Part shown: in pieces, positions 51,518 to 62,395 of the stretch
Layout of the letters: each line of letters starts with the position of its first letter
How positions within the stretch are numbered: the first letter of the stretch is position 1
NCBI RefSeq assembly: GCF_963921235.1
Contig: NC_086108.1
Span: 83,578,001-83,642,000 of the forward strand
DNA length: 64,000 nt
Reading direction: 5' to 3'
Source of the DNA: Mobula hypostoma
Lineage: Eukaryota
The notes under the pieces: generated by a model
The model's database searches: none
What the model was told of the DNA's origin: nothing
Seen by the model: only the letters and a program-made list of their open reading frames with translations
Program-made: the position numbers and the translations under genes

Positions 51518-52650
51518 TGAAACCATAGAAACCATAGAAACCACAGCACAGAAACAGGCCTTTTGGCCCTTCTTGGCTGTGCCGAACCATTTTCTGCCTA
51601 GTCCCACTGACCTGCACACGGACCATATCCCTCCATACACCTCCCATCCGTGTATCTGTCCAATTTATTCTTAAATGTTAAAAAAGAACCCGCATTTACC
51701 ACCTCATCTGGCAGCTCATTCCATACTCCCACCACTCTCTGTGTGAAGAAGCCCCCACTAATGTTCCCTTTAAACTTTTCCCCCCTCACCCTTAACCCAT
51801 GTCCTCTGGTTTTTTTCTCCCCTTGCCTCAGTGGAAAAAGCCTGCTTGCATTCACTCTATCTATACCCATCATAATTTTATATACCTCTATCAAATCTCC
51901 CCTCATTCTTCTACGCTCCAGGGAATAAAGTCCTAACCTATTCAACCTTTCTCTGTAACTGAGTTACTCAAGTCCCGGCAACATCCTTGTAAACCTTTTC
52001 TGCACTCTTTCAACATTATTTATATCCTTCCTGTAATTTGGTGACCAAAACTGAACACAATACTCCAGATTTGGCCTCACCAATGCCTTATACAACCTCA
52101 TCATAACATTCCAGCTCTTATACTCAATACTTTGATTAATAAAGGCCAATGTACCAAAAACTCTCTTTACGACCCTATCTACCTGTGACGACACTTTTAG
52201 GGAATTTTGTATCTGTATTCCCAGATCCCTCTGTTCCACTGCACTCCTCAGTGCCTTACCATTAACCCTGTATGTTCTACGTTGGTTTGTCCTTCCAACG
52301 TGCAATGCCTCACACTTGTCAGTATTAAACTCCATCTGCCATTTTTCAGCCCATTTTTCCAGCTGGTTCAAGTCCCTCTGCAGGCTCTGAAAACCTTCCT
52401 CACTGTCTACTACACCTCCAATCTTTGTATCATCAGCAAACTTGCTGATCCAATTTACCACATTATCATCCAGATCATTGATATAGAAGACAAATAACAA
52501 TGGACCCAGCACTGATCCCTGTGGCACACCACTAGTCACAGGCCTCCACTCAGAGAAGCAATTCTCTACCACCACTCTCTGGCTTCTTCCATCGAGCCAA
52601 CGTCTAATCCAATTTACCACCTCTCCATGTATACCTAGCGACTGAATTGT
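51518..52650 (-). mobile_element. CR1 LINE 3' part (young subfamily)
   Basis: SGVPQGSVLGPLLF, FADDTKIGG, RPNLEYC; tail gaaaccata repeats. Confidence 0.93.
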
Positions 52651-52910
52651 GACTGGTTGTGACTCTCTTGCGACTGGTTGCAAGAGAAGTCAGGATTAAT
52701 TGTTTATCTCTAACTACCCCGAAGAGGTGACTGTGAACTACTTGAAATGCTTCAGATTATGTGATAAAGATACTTCCCTTGTGATATTAGGAAGAAATTT
52801 CTAAATTTACACCCTGTGGTGTGAAAGAAACGGCAACCAATTTTCAAAGTGGAAGGGTGCAACTTAAAGGGAAGCTAATAGGTTCTGGTGTTCTTGCTCT
52901 GTGAAGTATA

Positions 52911-52983
52911 TATTTATATAAAATGATGTGTATTTACCAAACTATTAGTAGGTTTGGTAAATACACATCATTTTATATAAATA
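52911..52983. repeat. Perfect inverted repeat, 32-bp arms, 9-nt loop
   Basis: tatttatataaaatgatgtgtatttaccaaac-tattagtag-gtttggtaaatacacatcattttatataaata. Confidence 0.95.
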
Positions 52984-53547
52984 CATGAATTCTCATTTAT
53001 AATATTTGCTGTTTTCTGAACTCTCTCAGATGCATTTCATTGGTGCTGAATTTATCTACCTTATTTTTTCATAATTCAAATTTCAACTCAATCTCAGAGT
53101 CAGATCTACATTTCCTTTATGAGGCTCAAAATGAGCTAAGTCTGATTATCCAACAACTCTTGGGCCTATGGTCGATAATGTGGAGTTTTGGTTGCTAGGT
53201 AGCGAAGCTTACTGGTGGCTTCCTAACAGGCTACCTATTCATCTACAGAACAGTTGTTAGTTCTAGCCTTGTGCTCTGTGATTTGAGATTTGCTTCTTAT
53301 ATTGATATCAACTCCTTTGCATCTATCGGCAGCCAAGTCACATCTAGCACCAAAGGATAAATAATACTCTTTCAGAAATTGATTAACAGAACTAGATTTC
53401 ATTGACAGCATTGTTACTTACATTTAATAAATGCCTGCCTAACCTTGTTTGATTCTCATTGGTTTGGATTTCAATCTCACCCAAACAAGATAATATTTCA
53501 TAACTACTCAAGTGTTTCTCTGAAATAGATAAGAATAAAGAATTTCA

Positions 53548-53800
53548 GGTGCCATGCTAGTATAGCAGTTAGCACACGATATTACAGCTCAGGGCATTCT
53601 GGAGTTCAGTTCCAGTGCCGTCAGTACGGAGTCTGTACGTTCTCTCCTGAGTGCGTGGGTTTCCTTCAGGTGTTTTAGCTTCCTCCCACGGTCCAAAGAC
53701 CTACCAGTTAGTAGATTAACTGGCCAGTGTAAACTGCCCTGTGATTGTGCTAGTGTTAAATATGTGGGTTGCTGGGCCAGAAGGGCCTGTATCTCTAAAT
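53548..53800 (+). mobile_element. V-SINE-like element
   Basis: ggagttcagttcc B-box-like stretch; gtacgttctc..gcgtgggtttcc..ccacggtccaaagac core. Confidence 0.65.
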
Positions 53801-53815
53801 GAATAGATAAGTAAA

Positions 53816-54656
53816 CAGACATCCCACCTCTCCCGGAAGTTCTGGGAGTCTCCCACGTATTGATAGCAGCTCCCTGATGCCCGCAAGTTATATATAATAT
53901 CCGGGAAATCAATTTTTTTGAGAGCGAGCGAGAGGGAGAGAGACAGACAGAGAAAGCGAGTGACAGATGTAGTGAGAGAGCATCCTGATCGTTCTCTCTT
54001 TGTGCTAAGTAGACCTATCAGTTTTCTCTGTGGGCGGACTTTATAGTCGACCTCTCTCTCTCTCTGTCATTGTCCATCAGTTCAGTTTAGTGCCCTGCAG
54101 TGCTATGGCAGAGTGTTCCAAAAAAAGGAAAATATAAAATGTACTTCACCCCAGAGTACACTAAAGTGTACCAGTGCTTAATAGGGGTCAAAAATAATGA
54201 CAGTGTTGGTCGCTGCACTGTTTGCAACAGTGACTTTTCTATTGCCCATGGTGGGTAAAGTGACTGTAAAAGACATGTTGGGGTGAGTCCTGGATTATGT
54301 CTCAACTAACCTTGAAGGACTGGTACCAAACTACAAAAGTCTGCCAGTTGGTGTGTTCTGGGGGAAGCTGTCCAAAGTAAAATCTGTGAGCACAGGGCAG
54401 TTGAGATTCAAAGAGCTCTGCCAGTTGACGAAGCTGCTTTTGGTGCTGCCAAATTCTAATTGTGATGTAGAAAGGGCATTCAGCATGGTGCGTCACATTA
54501 AGACAGAATTCAGAAGTCAGCTGTCTCACAAAACACTTGTGAATCCGATGTCTTGCAAAATTAACAAATTCATTGACAGACTGCTATGAGGTTGAGACCT
54601 CCCTGAAATGAGGTTGAAACCTCCATGAAATGAGTTTTTGCAGGGTGGGATGTCTG
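53816..54656 (+). mobile_element. Internally deleted hAT transposon with 6-bp TSD
   Basis: TIR CAGACATCCCACC; AGTAAA on both flanks; N-terminal MAECSKKRKY...CTVCNSDFSIAHGG*SDCKRHV followed by gtgagt; C-terminal LLVLPNSNCDVERAFSMVRHIKTEFRSQL (hAT dimerisation-like). Confidence 0.8.
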
Positions 54657-55127
54657 AGTAAATTAACTAATTAATTAATAATGAAAGGATATTGACAGTA
54701 AGAAGCTAATTCACTCTTGAAAATCTTAACAAGCTCATACAAAAGTTTTAAGTTCTTTTAGCTGGACTTTGTATCCTAGGAAAGTGCAGATGACACAGAA
54801 AATGTTTTCCTTTACCTTGCCCACTTTGAAATTACATTCACAATGAGAGTAAGAGTGTAAATTGCACGGTCATTAACAGTACATAGCTACATATCGATTT
54901 AATTATCATCTAATGCCTGCAGCCCAGTAGTTCCAGTCAGCCAAATTATGTCACTGGGATTATACACTTACTCCCATCCTTCTTCATATAACCCCATCAA
55001 AACACCTGTTTATTTATGTCCTCCTCAATTTAACTGCCTCTTAGATATATCTGTGCTCATCAAAGCAATTTCTTTTGCATATGAATTTCGCATGCTAATC
55101 ATTCCCTATGTAAAGGATTCTCTCCTG

Positions 55128-55490
55128 ACCCAAGAAAATCTGCAGATGCTGGGAATCCAAAGCAACGCACACAACATGCTGGAGGAACTAAGCAGATCAG
55201 GCAGCATCTTGGGGAAAAGAGTAAACAGTCAACATTTTGGGCTGAGACCAGAGGGAAGGAAGAAGTACAAGGTGGTAGGTGATAGGTGAAACTGGAAGAG
55301 GAGGAAGCGGTGAAGTAAAGAGCTGGGAACTTGATTGGTGAAAGAGATAACAGGCTAGAGAAGGGGGAATCTGATAGGAGAGGACAGAAGACCATAGAAG
55401 AAAAGGAAGTGGGTGGAGCACCAGAGGAAGGTGATGGGCGGTAAGAAGAGAAGGTGTGAGAGGGAAACACAAATGGGAATAGTGAAGGAA
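55128..55490 (-). mobile_element. Penelope pseudo-LTR, partially deleted
   Basis: atgctggaggaactaagcagatcaggcagcatc...ttttgggctgagacc and a purine-rich body. Confidence 0.65.
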
Positions 55491-56715
55491 AGAGGAATCT
55501 TCTCCTGAATTGCATATTGGAATTGGAAATGTTTTACTCAGGGATCTGCTGGCCATGCCTATTGAAGGTTTTTTGGAATTCAGAATATATCGCATCCACT
55601 AAATTAGCAGCATATCCTTTCATCAAAGAATTCAAAAAGGTCTGGTCAAGAGTAACCTTCCGTTTTGAAATCTGTTCAGAATTTTCTTAGCAGATGTTTC
55701 AATATTATATTTTTCAGTAAAGATATCATTATCTATCTTATTACTATGGTTTAACTACTTAGCTTCTCATCTTAGGTAACTTTGTTTGATCCAGAATGGT
55801 TAAACTTCACTTGAGTTTTGTAAGTTCTGAGATGTTTCTTGAAAAATAGACAAACTCTTTTGTCTATAAAATAGACTTGCTGGTAATGCAGAGCCTCTAT
55901 GTGCTTCTGGTGCAGTTGATTGTTCATGGGCTAGGAACTACCAGGAGTCAGTTAGGATATGGCTTTTCCTTGGGAAGACTGAGAATATCCTTAATTATTT
56001 TCTTCTCTCTGTGATAGTAGTCTCTTCCCATGACTAACAGAGGTTTGTTTCAGGACTCTAGTGTTAGGCAAGCAAATGATGTTTACTCCAATTTAGGTCA
56101 TTGAGTATGATGTAGGCCCAGGCCCTGGGAGAGGATGCTGATGTTGGATTACTTCACCTTCCAACCAGTTTGGAGGAACTTGCAGAGACAGTGTAGGTGA
56201 TATTTTTTCTAAAACCTCAAGGTGCCTGTTGTGGACAGAACAGGTATCATAAACATTGGGGGGGCAGGGATCAATGCTATCCTGTGGACGTCAGTTTGTG
56301 TCAGGTGTACAGATGTGAATTCTTGACTTTTGTCCATTTTGCTGTATTGTATAATTTACGTTCTATTTACTGTCTACAACTGCATGTTTTTCATCTGGAT
56401 GCAAGCACACTTTTCATTGTATCCGTACCTCACCTTGGCTTGACATGATCTGCAAACATCTATTTCTTTAATTGACCCTAGAATAATTAACCCGAGTACT
56501 GACTGAGCCAACCAGAGTGTAAAGGTCTAGATGGGGCGGAACTTGTGAAATGTGTCCAGGAAGGTTTCCTGAGGCAGCATATAGAGGACCCTACTTGGGA
56601 GGGTGCAATTCTGGATTTTCAGGAACGAGGTAGGGCAAGTAATGGAAGTGGCAGCCAGGGAGCATTTCAGCTCAGTCAGCTCCTTCAGAGGCAGGAGCTT
56701 CCCTAGCATCTAGTG

Positions 56716-56980
56716 CAGTGGTCCCCAACCTCGGGGCCGCGGACCGATACCAGGCCACAAAGCAAGCAGGGGTGCAGTGGTAGCCGGGATGCACCCAGCA
56801 TAGTGCAAGTGAAATCGGCAATCGCCTCTGATCTGGGCTGACATTTACGTGCTGGGCGGCACCTAATTAATTAGCTTGTTTTTTTCTTAAAGGTGAGCTG
56901 GGTGCGTCCTGGCTACCACTGCACCCCTGCATGCTTTGCGGTCCGGTATCGGTCCGCGGCCCGGAGTTTGGGGACCACCA
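56716..56980. mobile_element. hAT-Charlie-like MITE
   Basis: TIR cagtggtccccaa / ttggggaccacca with long subterminal symmetry; 8-bp near-TSD atctagtg / ctctagtg. Confidence 0.8.
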
Positions 56981-57220
56981 CTCTAGTGCATCCTCAAGGA
57001 GTAATGCTTCAAAACAGCAGCATCCATCGTTAAGGACCACCATCACCCAGGACATGCCTTTTCTCATTGATACCATCAAGAAGGAGGTGCAGCAGCCTCA
57101 AGGAACACACTCAACTACTCAGGAATAGCTTCTTCCTCTCTGCCGTCGGACTTCTGAATGGACATTGAACCCATAAACACTTCCTCACAACATTTTTTGC
57201 ATTACTGTATTATTTAATTT

Positions 57221-57223
<3 letters not shown>

Positions 57224-57260
<37 letters not shown>
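57224..57260 (+). repeat. (TA)n microsatellite
   Basis: About 18 AT units. Confidence 0.95.
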
Positions 57261-57261
<1 letters not shown>

Positions 57262-57278
57262 GTACACATACATACACA

Positions 57279-58177
57279 TATAACTGCACCTCTCTTGGTT
57301 TCCTTGGCTGCGTGGCTGTGTAAGTCTAGGGAATACACCATCTGGTCCCACCAAACCCATGAGATCGAGGCGGCTCTCCCTCCCCAAACCCCGGCTTGTG
57401 TGGATGGTGTGTCATTGAATACCCTGTTACAACTCAGTGCCAAGCAATAACAGACAACACACTGCATACGATTAAAGGAATTATAGTTATGAATCTCAAC
57501 TAAAGGGTTGGTAAAGAAAAGAAAGAAAAAAACAAAATGGGCTCATTATAATTTAAACAGTCTAATGTGCACAAGTTGGAGCTCAACTCTTCCCAAAATA
57601 CATCCTCACTGATCCTCAGTCGACCTTGGCAATCTCGATCCCCCACCGGGTCAAATCCTATGACCGGTTCTATCCAGCATCTTCTCTCTTCATCTCCCGC
57701 CGAACAAAGACCCCAGTTCACACTGCTGTCAGGCACACAACACAATCATCCGCTTCCCTGATTGGATGGCTCACATTCCAAATCACCCAACATCTCTTAG
57801 GTTGGCTGGTGGCGCAGTGACATCAGCGCCGGACTCCGGAACGGAGGTTCCTGGGTTCAAATCCAGTCGGGCCGCTCGCCAGTACGCTTTCCATCCGTGC
57901 CCGGGTTGAGTGTTGAGCTCGCAAGTCAACCTCGTAAAATAAAGAAAAATAATACTGCGAAAAGGAAATATATATACAATATTCCTTGAACAGAACAAGG
58001 AGTGGCACCCCACACAGCCTTCCGACCGGCGTCTTGCAAGGCATGAAAATGCCTGATGCTGGCCTCTCAGGCCTGAATCGATGTCATCATCATCATCAGC
58101 ATCTCTAATCATAACCCAAACACTGCGCCTACAGAAAGCCCGTTACGCTAGCAGTGAAACCTTCCCCAGGGGTTACA
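57279..58177. mobile_element. Probable solo LTR related to 19933-20629, with a SINE inserted
   Basis: Shares gtctagggaa, aataacagacaa and gttggagctcaa motifs with the 19933 LTR; ends ggttaca; TSD not recovered. Confidence 0.55.
57798..58099 (+). mobile_element. tRNA-derived SINE with (CAT)n tail
   Basis: A box tggcgcagtga, B box ggttcaaatcc, tail catcatcatcatca; TSD catctct at 57791-57797 and 58100-58106. Confidence 0.8.
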
Positions 58178-58505
58178 CTCTACCCACCAAAATTAATCAT
58201 GTCCTCGTACCTTCAGGTGTATGTCACCCCTTCATACAAAGCACAAAGTCCAACCAGGTGTAGATGGCAGTGACATATCTCCCCAAGGAGATGGGTGCCA
58301 CACTCTGTTCCCCTGGTGCGACATGGGCCAGTCTGTCTGGGGGGTTTTCTGACCCTTTGCGATCTCCTTACCCCATTCTCTACTGCGTTGGTGGACTGGA
58401 TGCCGGTAACAAAATTCCAAAATACAAATGGAAACAAGGATTGACCCGACATTGTCCAAAGCCTATGAAATCACAATGTAAGGATGGCCAGCTCACAGTA
58501 GTCCT

Positions 58506-58953
58506 ATAGAACCATAGAACCATAGAACATTACAGCACAGAAACAGGCCTTTTGGCCCTTCTTGGCTGTGCCGAACCATTTTTCTGCCTACTCCCACTGA
58601 CCTGCACCTGGACCATATCCCTCCATACACCTCTCATCCATGTACCTATCCAAGTTTTTCTTAAATGTTAAAAGTGAGCCCTCATTTACCACTTCATCTG
58701 GCAGCTCATTCCACACTCCCACCACTCTGTGTGAAGAAGCCCCCCCAATGTTCCCTTTAAACTTTTCCCCCTTCACCCTTAACCTATGTCCTCTGGTTTT
58801 TTTTCTCCCCTAGCCTCAGTGGAAAAAGCCTGCTTGCATTCACTCTATCTATACCCATCATAATTTTATACACCTCTATCAAATTTCCCCTCATTCTTCT
58901 ATGCTCCAGGGAATAAAGTCCTAACCTATTGAACCTTTCTCTGTAACTCAGTT
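58506..58953 (-). mobile_element. CR1 3' fragment nested in Gypsy, near-identical to 51540-51965
   Basis: Long shared stretches with the 51518 copy; tail tagaacca repeats. Confidence 0.9.
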
Positions 58954-59041
58954 TATGTTGCCAGAATTCTCAATGAGATGAGACCAATTGTCAGTATGTC
59001 AGAGAATGCTGAGGTATGGACTTCATGTTGTAATTCCTGCT

Positions 59042-60712
59042 CTGATCCGAGGTCAGTTCGCAGGTTGATTGGCATCTGCGAACAGTTTGAGCTAGCGTTG
59101 GGGGCCAGGGTCAACCGCACGAAGAGCGAAGCTATGCTCTTCGGCAACTGGCCTGACCGATCCAGCATCTTCTTCACCGTCAGGTCTGACCACGTGAAGG
59201 TGTTGGGGATCTGGTTCGGAGGGGCCGAGGCGTGCAACAAGAACTGGCAGGAGCGGACTGCCAAGGTGAAACAGAAACTGGGACTGTGGGGAGGGTGCTC
59301 CCTGTCGATAGAACCTGGTCATCAGGTGTGAGGTGCTCTCAGGGCTGCTGTACTTGGCGTAGGTGTGGCCCATCCCCCACTCCTACAGCTCGGAAATCAC
59401 CCGAGCTGTCTTCAAGATTCGTCTGGGGATCCAAGATGGAGCAGGTGAGATGGACCGTCATGCACAAGTCCCTGGACAACGGGGGCAAGAACGTCCCCAA
59501 TGTCGCCTTCACCCTGATGGCCAGCTTCGTGTGTGGCTGCATCAGGCTGTGCGTGGATCCCAGATACGTGGGCACAAAGTACCACTATGTTGCCCAGGTT
59601 CTACCTGTCACCCCGGCTACGAAGTATGGGTCTGGCCCCTTTCCTGTGCAACACCCGTCAGCTGGTCGTTGCCTCCTTACCAGTCCTTCGTAGAAAAATT
59701 CTTCAAAGCCAACACATTTGACCACAAGGCCATTAGACAGTGGTCGGCACGTAAAGTCCTGCAGGCACTGCAGGAGAAGGATGAGATGGATTCAGTGGGG
59801 TGGTTCCCTGAGCAGACCATCCAGTTCATCTGGCAAAATGCCTCATCGCCAGATCTCACCAACAGGCACAAAGATCTCACCTGGCTGGCGGTCAGAGGGG
59901 CCCTCTCAGTCAGATCCCTCCTGTACGCCCGGAACGTCGTCTCCGCACCCCACTGCCCACGGGAGGACTGTAATGGGGTGGAGTCGGTGGCTCACCTCTT
60001 TGCACACTGTGGGTTCACGAAGAAGGTGTGGAGGAGAATGGAAGGGACAGTACTAAGATCCATACCCAGCAGCTGCGTTACCGAGGACTCCGTGATCTAC
60101 GGGCTGTACCCGGGGACGCACACGGAGACAAACATCCGGTGCTGCTGGCAGATCATCAATTCGGTGAAAAACACGCTTTGGTCTGCCCGAAACTTGGTCG
60201 TCTGTCAGCACATGGAGATGTCTGTGACTGAATGCTGCCAACTGGCTCACTCTCGCCTGCAGGAGTACGTGCTGAGGGATGCACTCAAGCTTGGTGCGGC
60301 CACCACGAAGGCCCGGTGGGGAAGGACCACAGTTTAAGGTTCATCACCCGTGGGAGTGTGAGGGGTTGCGTGGGGAGGAGACTAACCTTCATCAGCGGTG
60401 TGGACAGATAATCAACATGGTGCCCAAGGAGTGGGTGGAATTGTTAATTTGGAAAAAGCATTAGGACCAACGCCTGCCTTTATTGTTGATAATTTTATTG
60501 TTAATAAGTCTCAACTCTTGACCAAGGGTTGAGGGTAAATGAATGGTTTATTGTAAACATCTTTCATTTGTAAACAAAGAGAGTCAACGCATAATTTTAT
60601 TGTAAATAACTTTATTGAATAAGGACTCAGAGTCAACGAATGTTTTTTTCTTATATGTAAATAACTTTATTTTGTAATACTTCTGAATAAAGTATTTTTG
60701 GAGAAAAAAAAA
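59042..60712 (+). mobile_element. Tx1/L1-clade LINE 3' part nested in Gypsy
   Basis: GARVNRTKS, KVLGIWFG, KSLDNGGKNVP, CPREDCNGVESVAHLFAHC; AATAAA plus A-tail; TSD tcctgct at 59035-59041 and 60713-60719. Confidence 0.85.
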
Positions 60713-61712
60713 TCCTGCTAAACAGCACACCAAAGTGTTAGAAAATCTGCATGAAGGACTCTTGGGTACAGACAAGATGCTCACCTGGAGCTACACGTGG
60801 TGGTCGAGAATAGATAAACAGATTGAAGACTTAGCCAAAAACTGTTCAGGATGCCAAATTTTTAAAATGCACCCCCACAGGCACCATTACACCCGTGGGA
60901 GCGACCATCATCACAGAGTACATATTGACTTTGCTGGGCCATTGATGGACTCCATGTTCCTGTTTGCTGTGGGGGGATGCTCATTCAAAGTGGCTGGAGG
61001 TCATACAAATGAAGTCAACCATATCTGCAAAGACTGTCTCTGCCATGAGGACTCTCTTCATCAGAAATAGCTGACCAGAACAAATTGTGTGTGACAACGG
61101 ACCACAATACACATCAGAAGAGTTCAGACTATTCATGAAGAAAAATGGCATCAGACATTTCAAGTCATCTCCTCACCACCCACCAATGAATGGCTTAGCT
61201 GAAAGATATATCCAAGCCATCCAGAAACCCATTAAAGCGATGGACAAGAAGGACATTTCTCTACAGCACAAGGTGGACAACTTCCTTTTTGTGACTCAAA
61301 GCTCTGTTCATGCAATGACAAATCAAACACCTGCAATGCTGTTCATGAAAAGGGATCTGAGAGCTCACTAGACTTCCTGAAACCAGAGCTCCAGAGGGAA
61401 GTACAGAATAAACAGTTCAGTCATTTGCCACGTGAAGCAGCAAGGAGCTTTGTGATTGGACAGTGTCCTAGTGCATGATTACCAAGAAGAGAAGTGGACA
61501 CCTGATAGGTTAGCTACAAGAACTGGACCACTGATGTACACAGTGGATGTTGGAGATCAGACATGGAGACGTCATGTGGACCCGATACTGGATGCTCAAC
61601 CGAAGAACACAACCGAATCTCCTATGCATCCAACAAGATGGACACATTCCAGTCACTGGACTTACCTCTCAATTATGATCATGTCACTGACAGCAATGTG
61701 ACACCAGAAACT

Positions 61713-61910
61713 GAGAACGTTGTCTTAGACAAGACACCTACTAAACCTGATGCCACTCTTCAGGTCTAGAGGCGTGACGAGAACGTTATCATTAACAAGA
61801 CACCTACCAAACCCAACGCCACTCCTCAGGTACAGAGATATGATGAGAATGTTATCATTAACATTTCACCTGCCAAACCTGAAGCCACTCCACAAGTCCA
61901 GAGGCGCTAT
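61713..61910 (+). repeat. Three 66-bp tandem units in the Gypsy integrase C-terminal tail
   Basis: Units start gagaacg/gagaatg at 61713, 61779 and 61845; ENV..KTP.KP.AT.QV. Confidence 0.85.
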
Positions 61911-62049
61911 CCTGAAAGGAACAGAGCACCACGCAAAGACTGAACATTTAGTTATGGACTGTAATTGTGAAAACAAGTTTAGTTAGAATATGATTTTAGA
62001 AAAGGGAAATTGAATCAGACACAACATATTTCTCTTTCCAGTGAACAAA

Positions 62050-62395
62050 ATTCCCCCCCTCCCACTTCCTCTATTTCCCACTCTGACCTTTTATTTCTTC
62101 TCACTTGCCTATTACTTCCTCCCATCCCCCTCTCCTTCCCTTTCTCCTATGGTCCACTCTCCTATTGTCCTATCAGATTCTTTCTTCTCCAGCCCTTTAC
62201 CTTTCCCACCCACCTGGCTTCACCTCTCACCTTCCAGCTAGCCTATTTCCCTTCCCCCTACCTTTTTCTTCTGGCATCTTCCCCCTTCCTTCTCAGTCCC
62301 GAAGAAGTGTCTTAGCCCAAAGCGTCAACTGTTTACTCTTTTCCATAGAATCTGCCCAGCTTGCTGAGCTCCTCCAGCATTTTGTGTGTGTTACT
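62050..62395 (+). mobile_element. Degenerate Penelope pseudo-LTR
   Basis: Pyrimidine-rich body then cagtcccgaagaag...cccaaagcgtcaactg...tccagcattttgtgtgtgtt. Confidence 0.65.

Larger units (their letters stand above)
58360..61990 (+). mobile_element. Degraded Gypsy LTR retrotransposon pol (integrase) interrupted by CR1 and Tx1
   Basis: DPTLSKAYE..GWP, VVIPAKQHTKVLENLHEG, WW.RIDKQIEDLAKNCSGCQ, RVHIDFAGP, DNGPQYTSEEF, HHPPMNGLAER, TWRRHVD. Confidence 0.85.

Noticed and set aside
51518..51545. Short direct repeats (gaaaccata, tagaaaca) that might suggest a CRISPR-like array
   Set aside because: These are CR1 3' microsatellite tails with no spacers, in a eukaryotic context.
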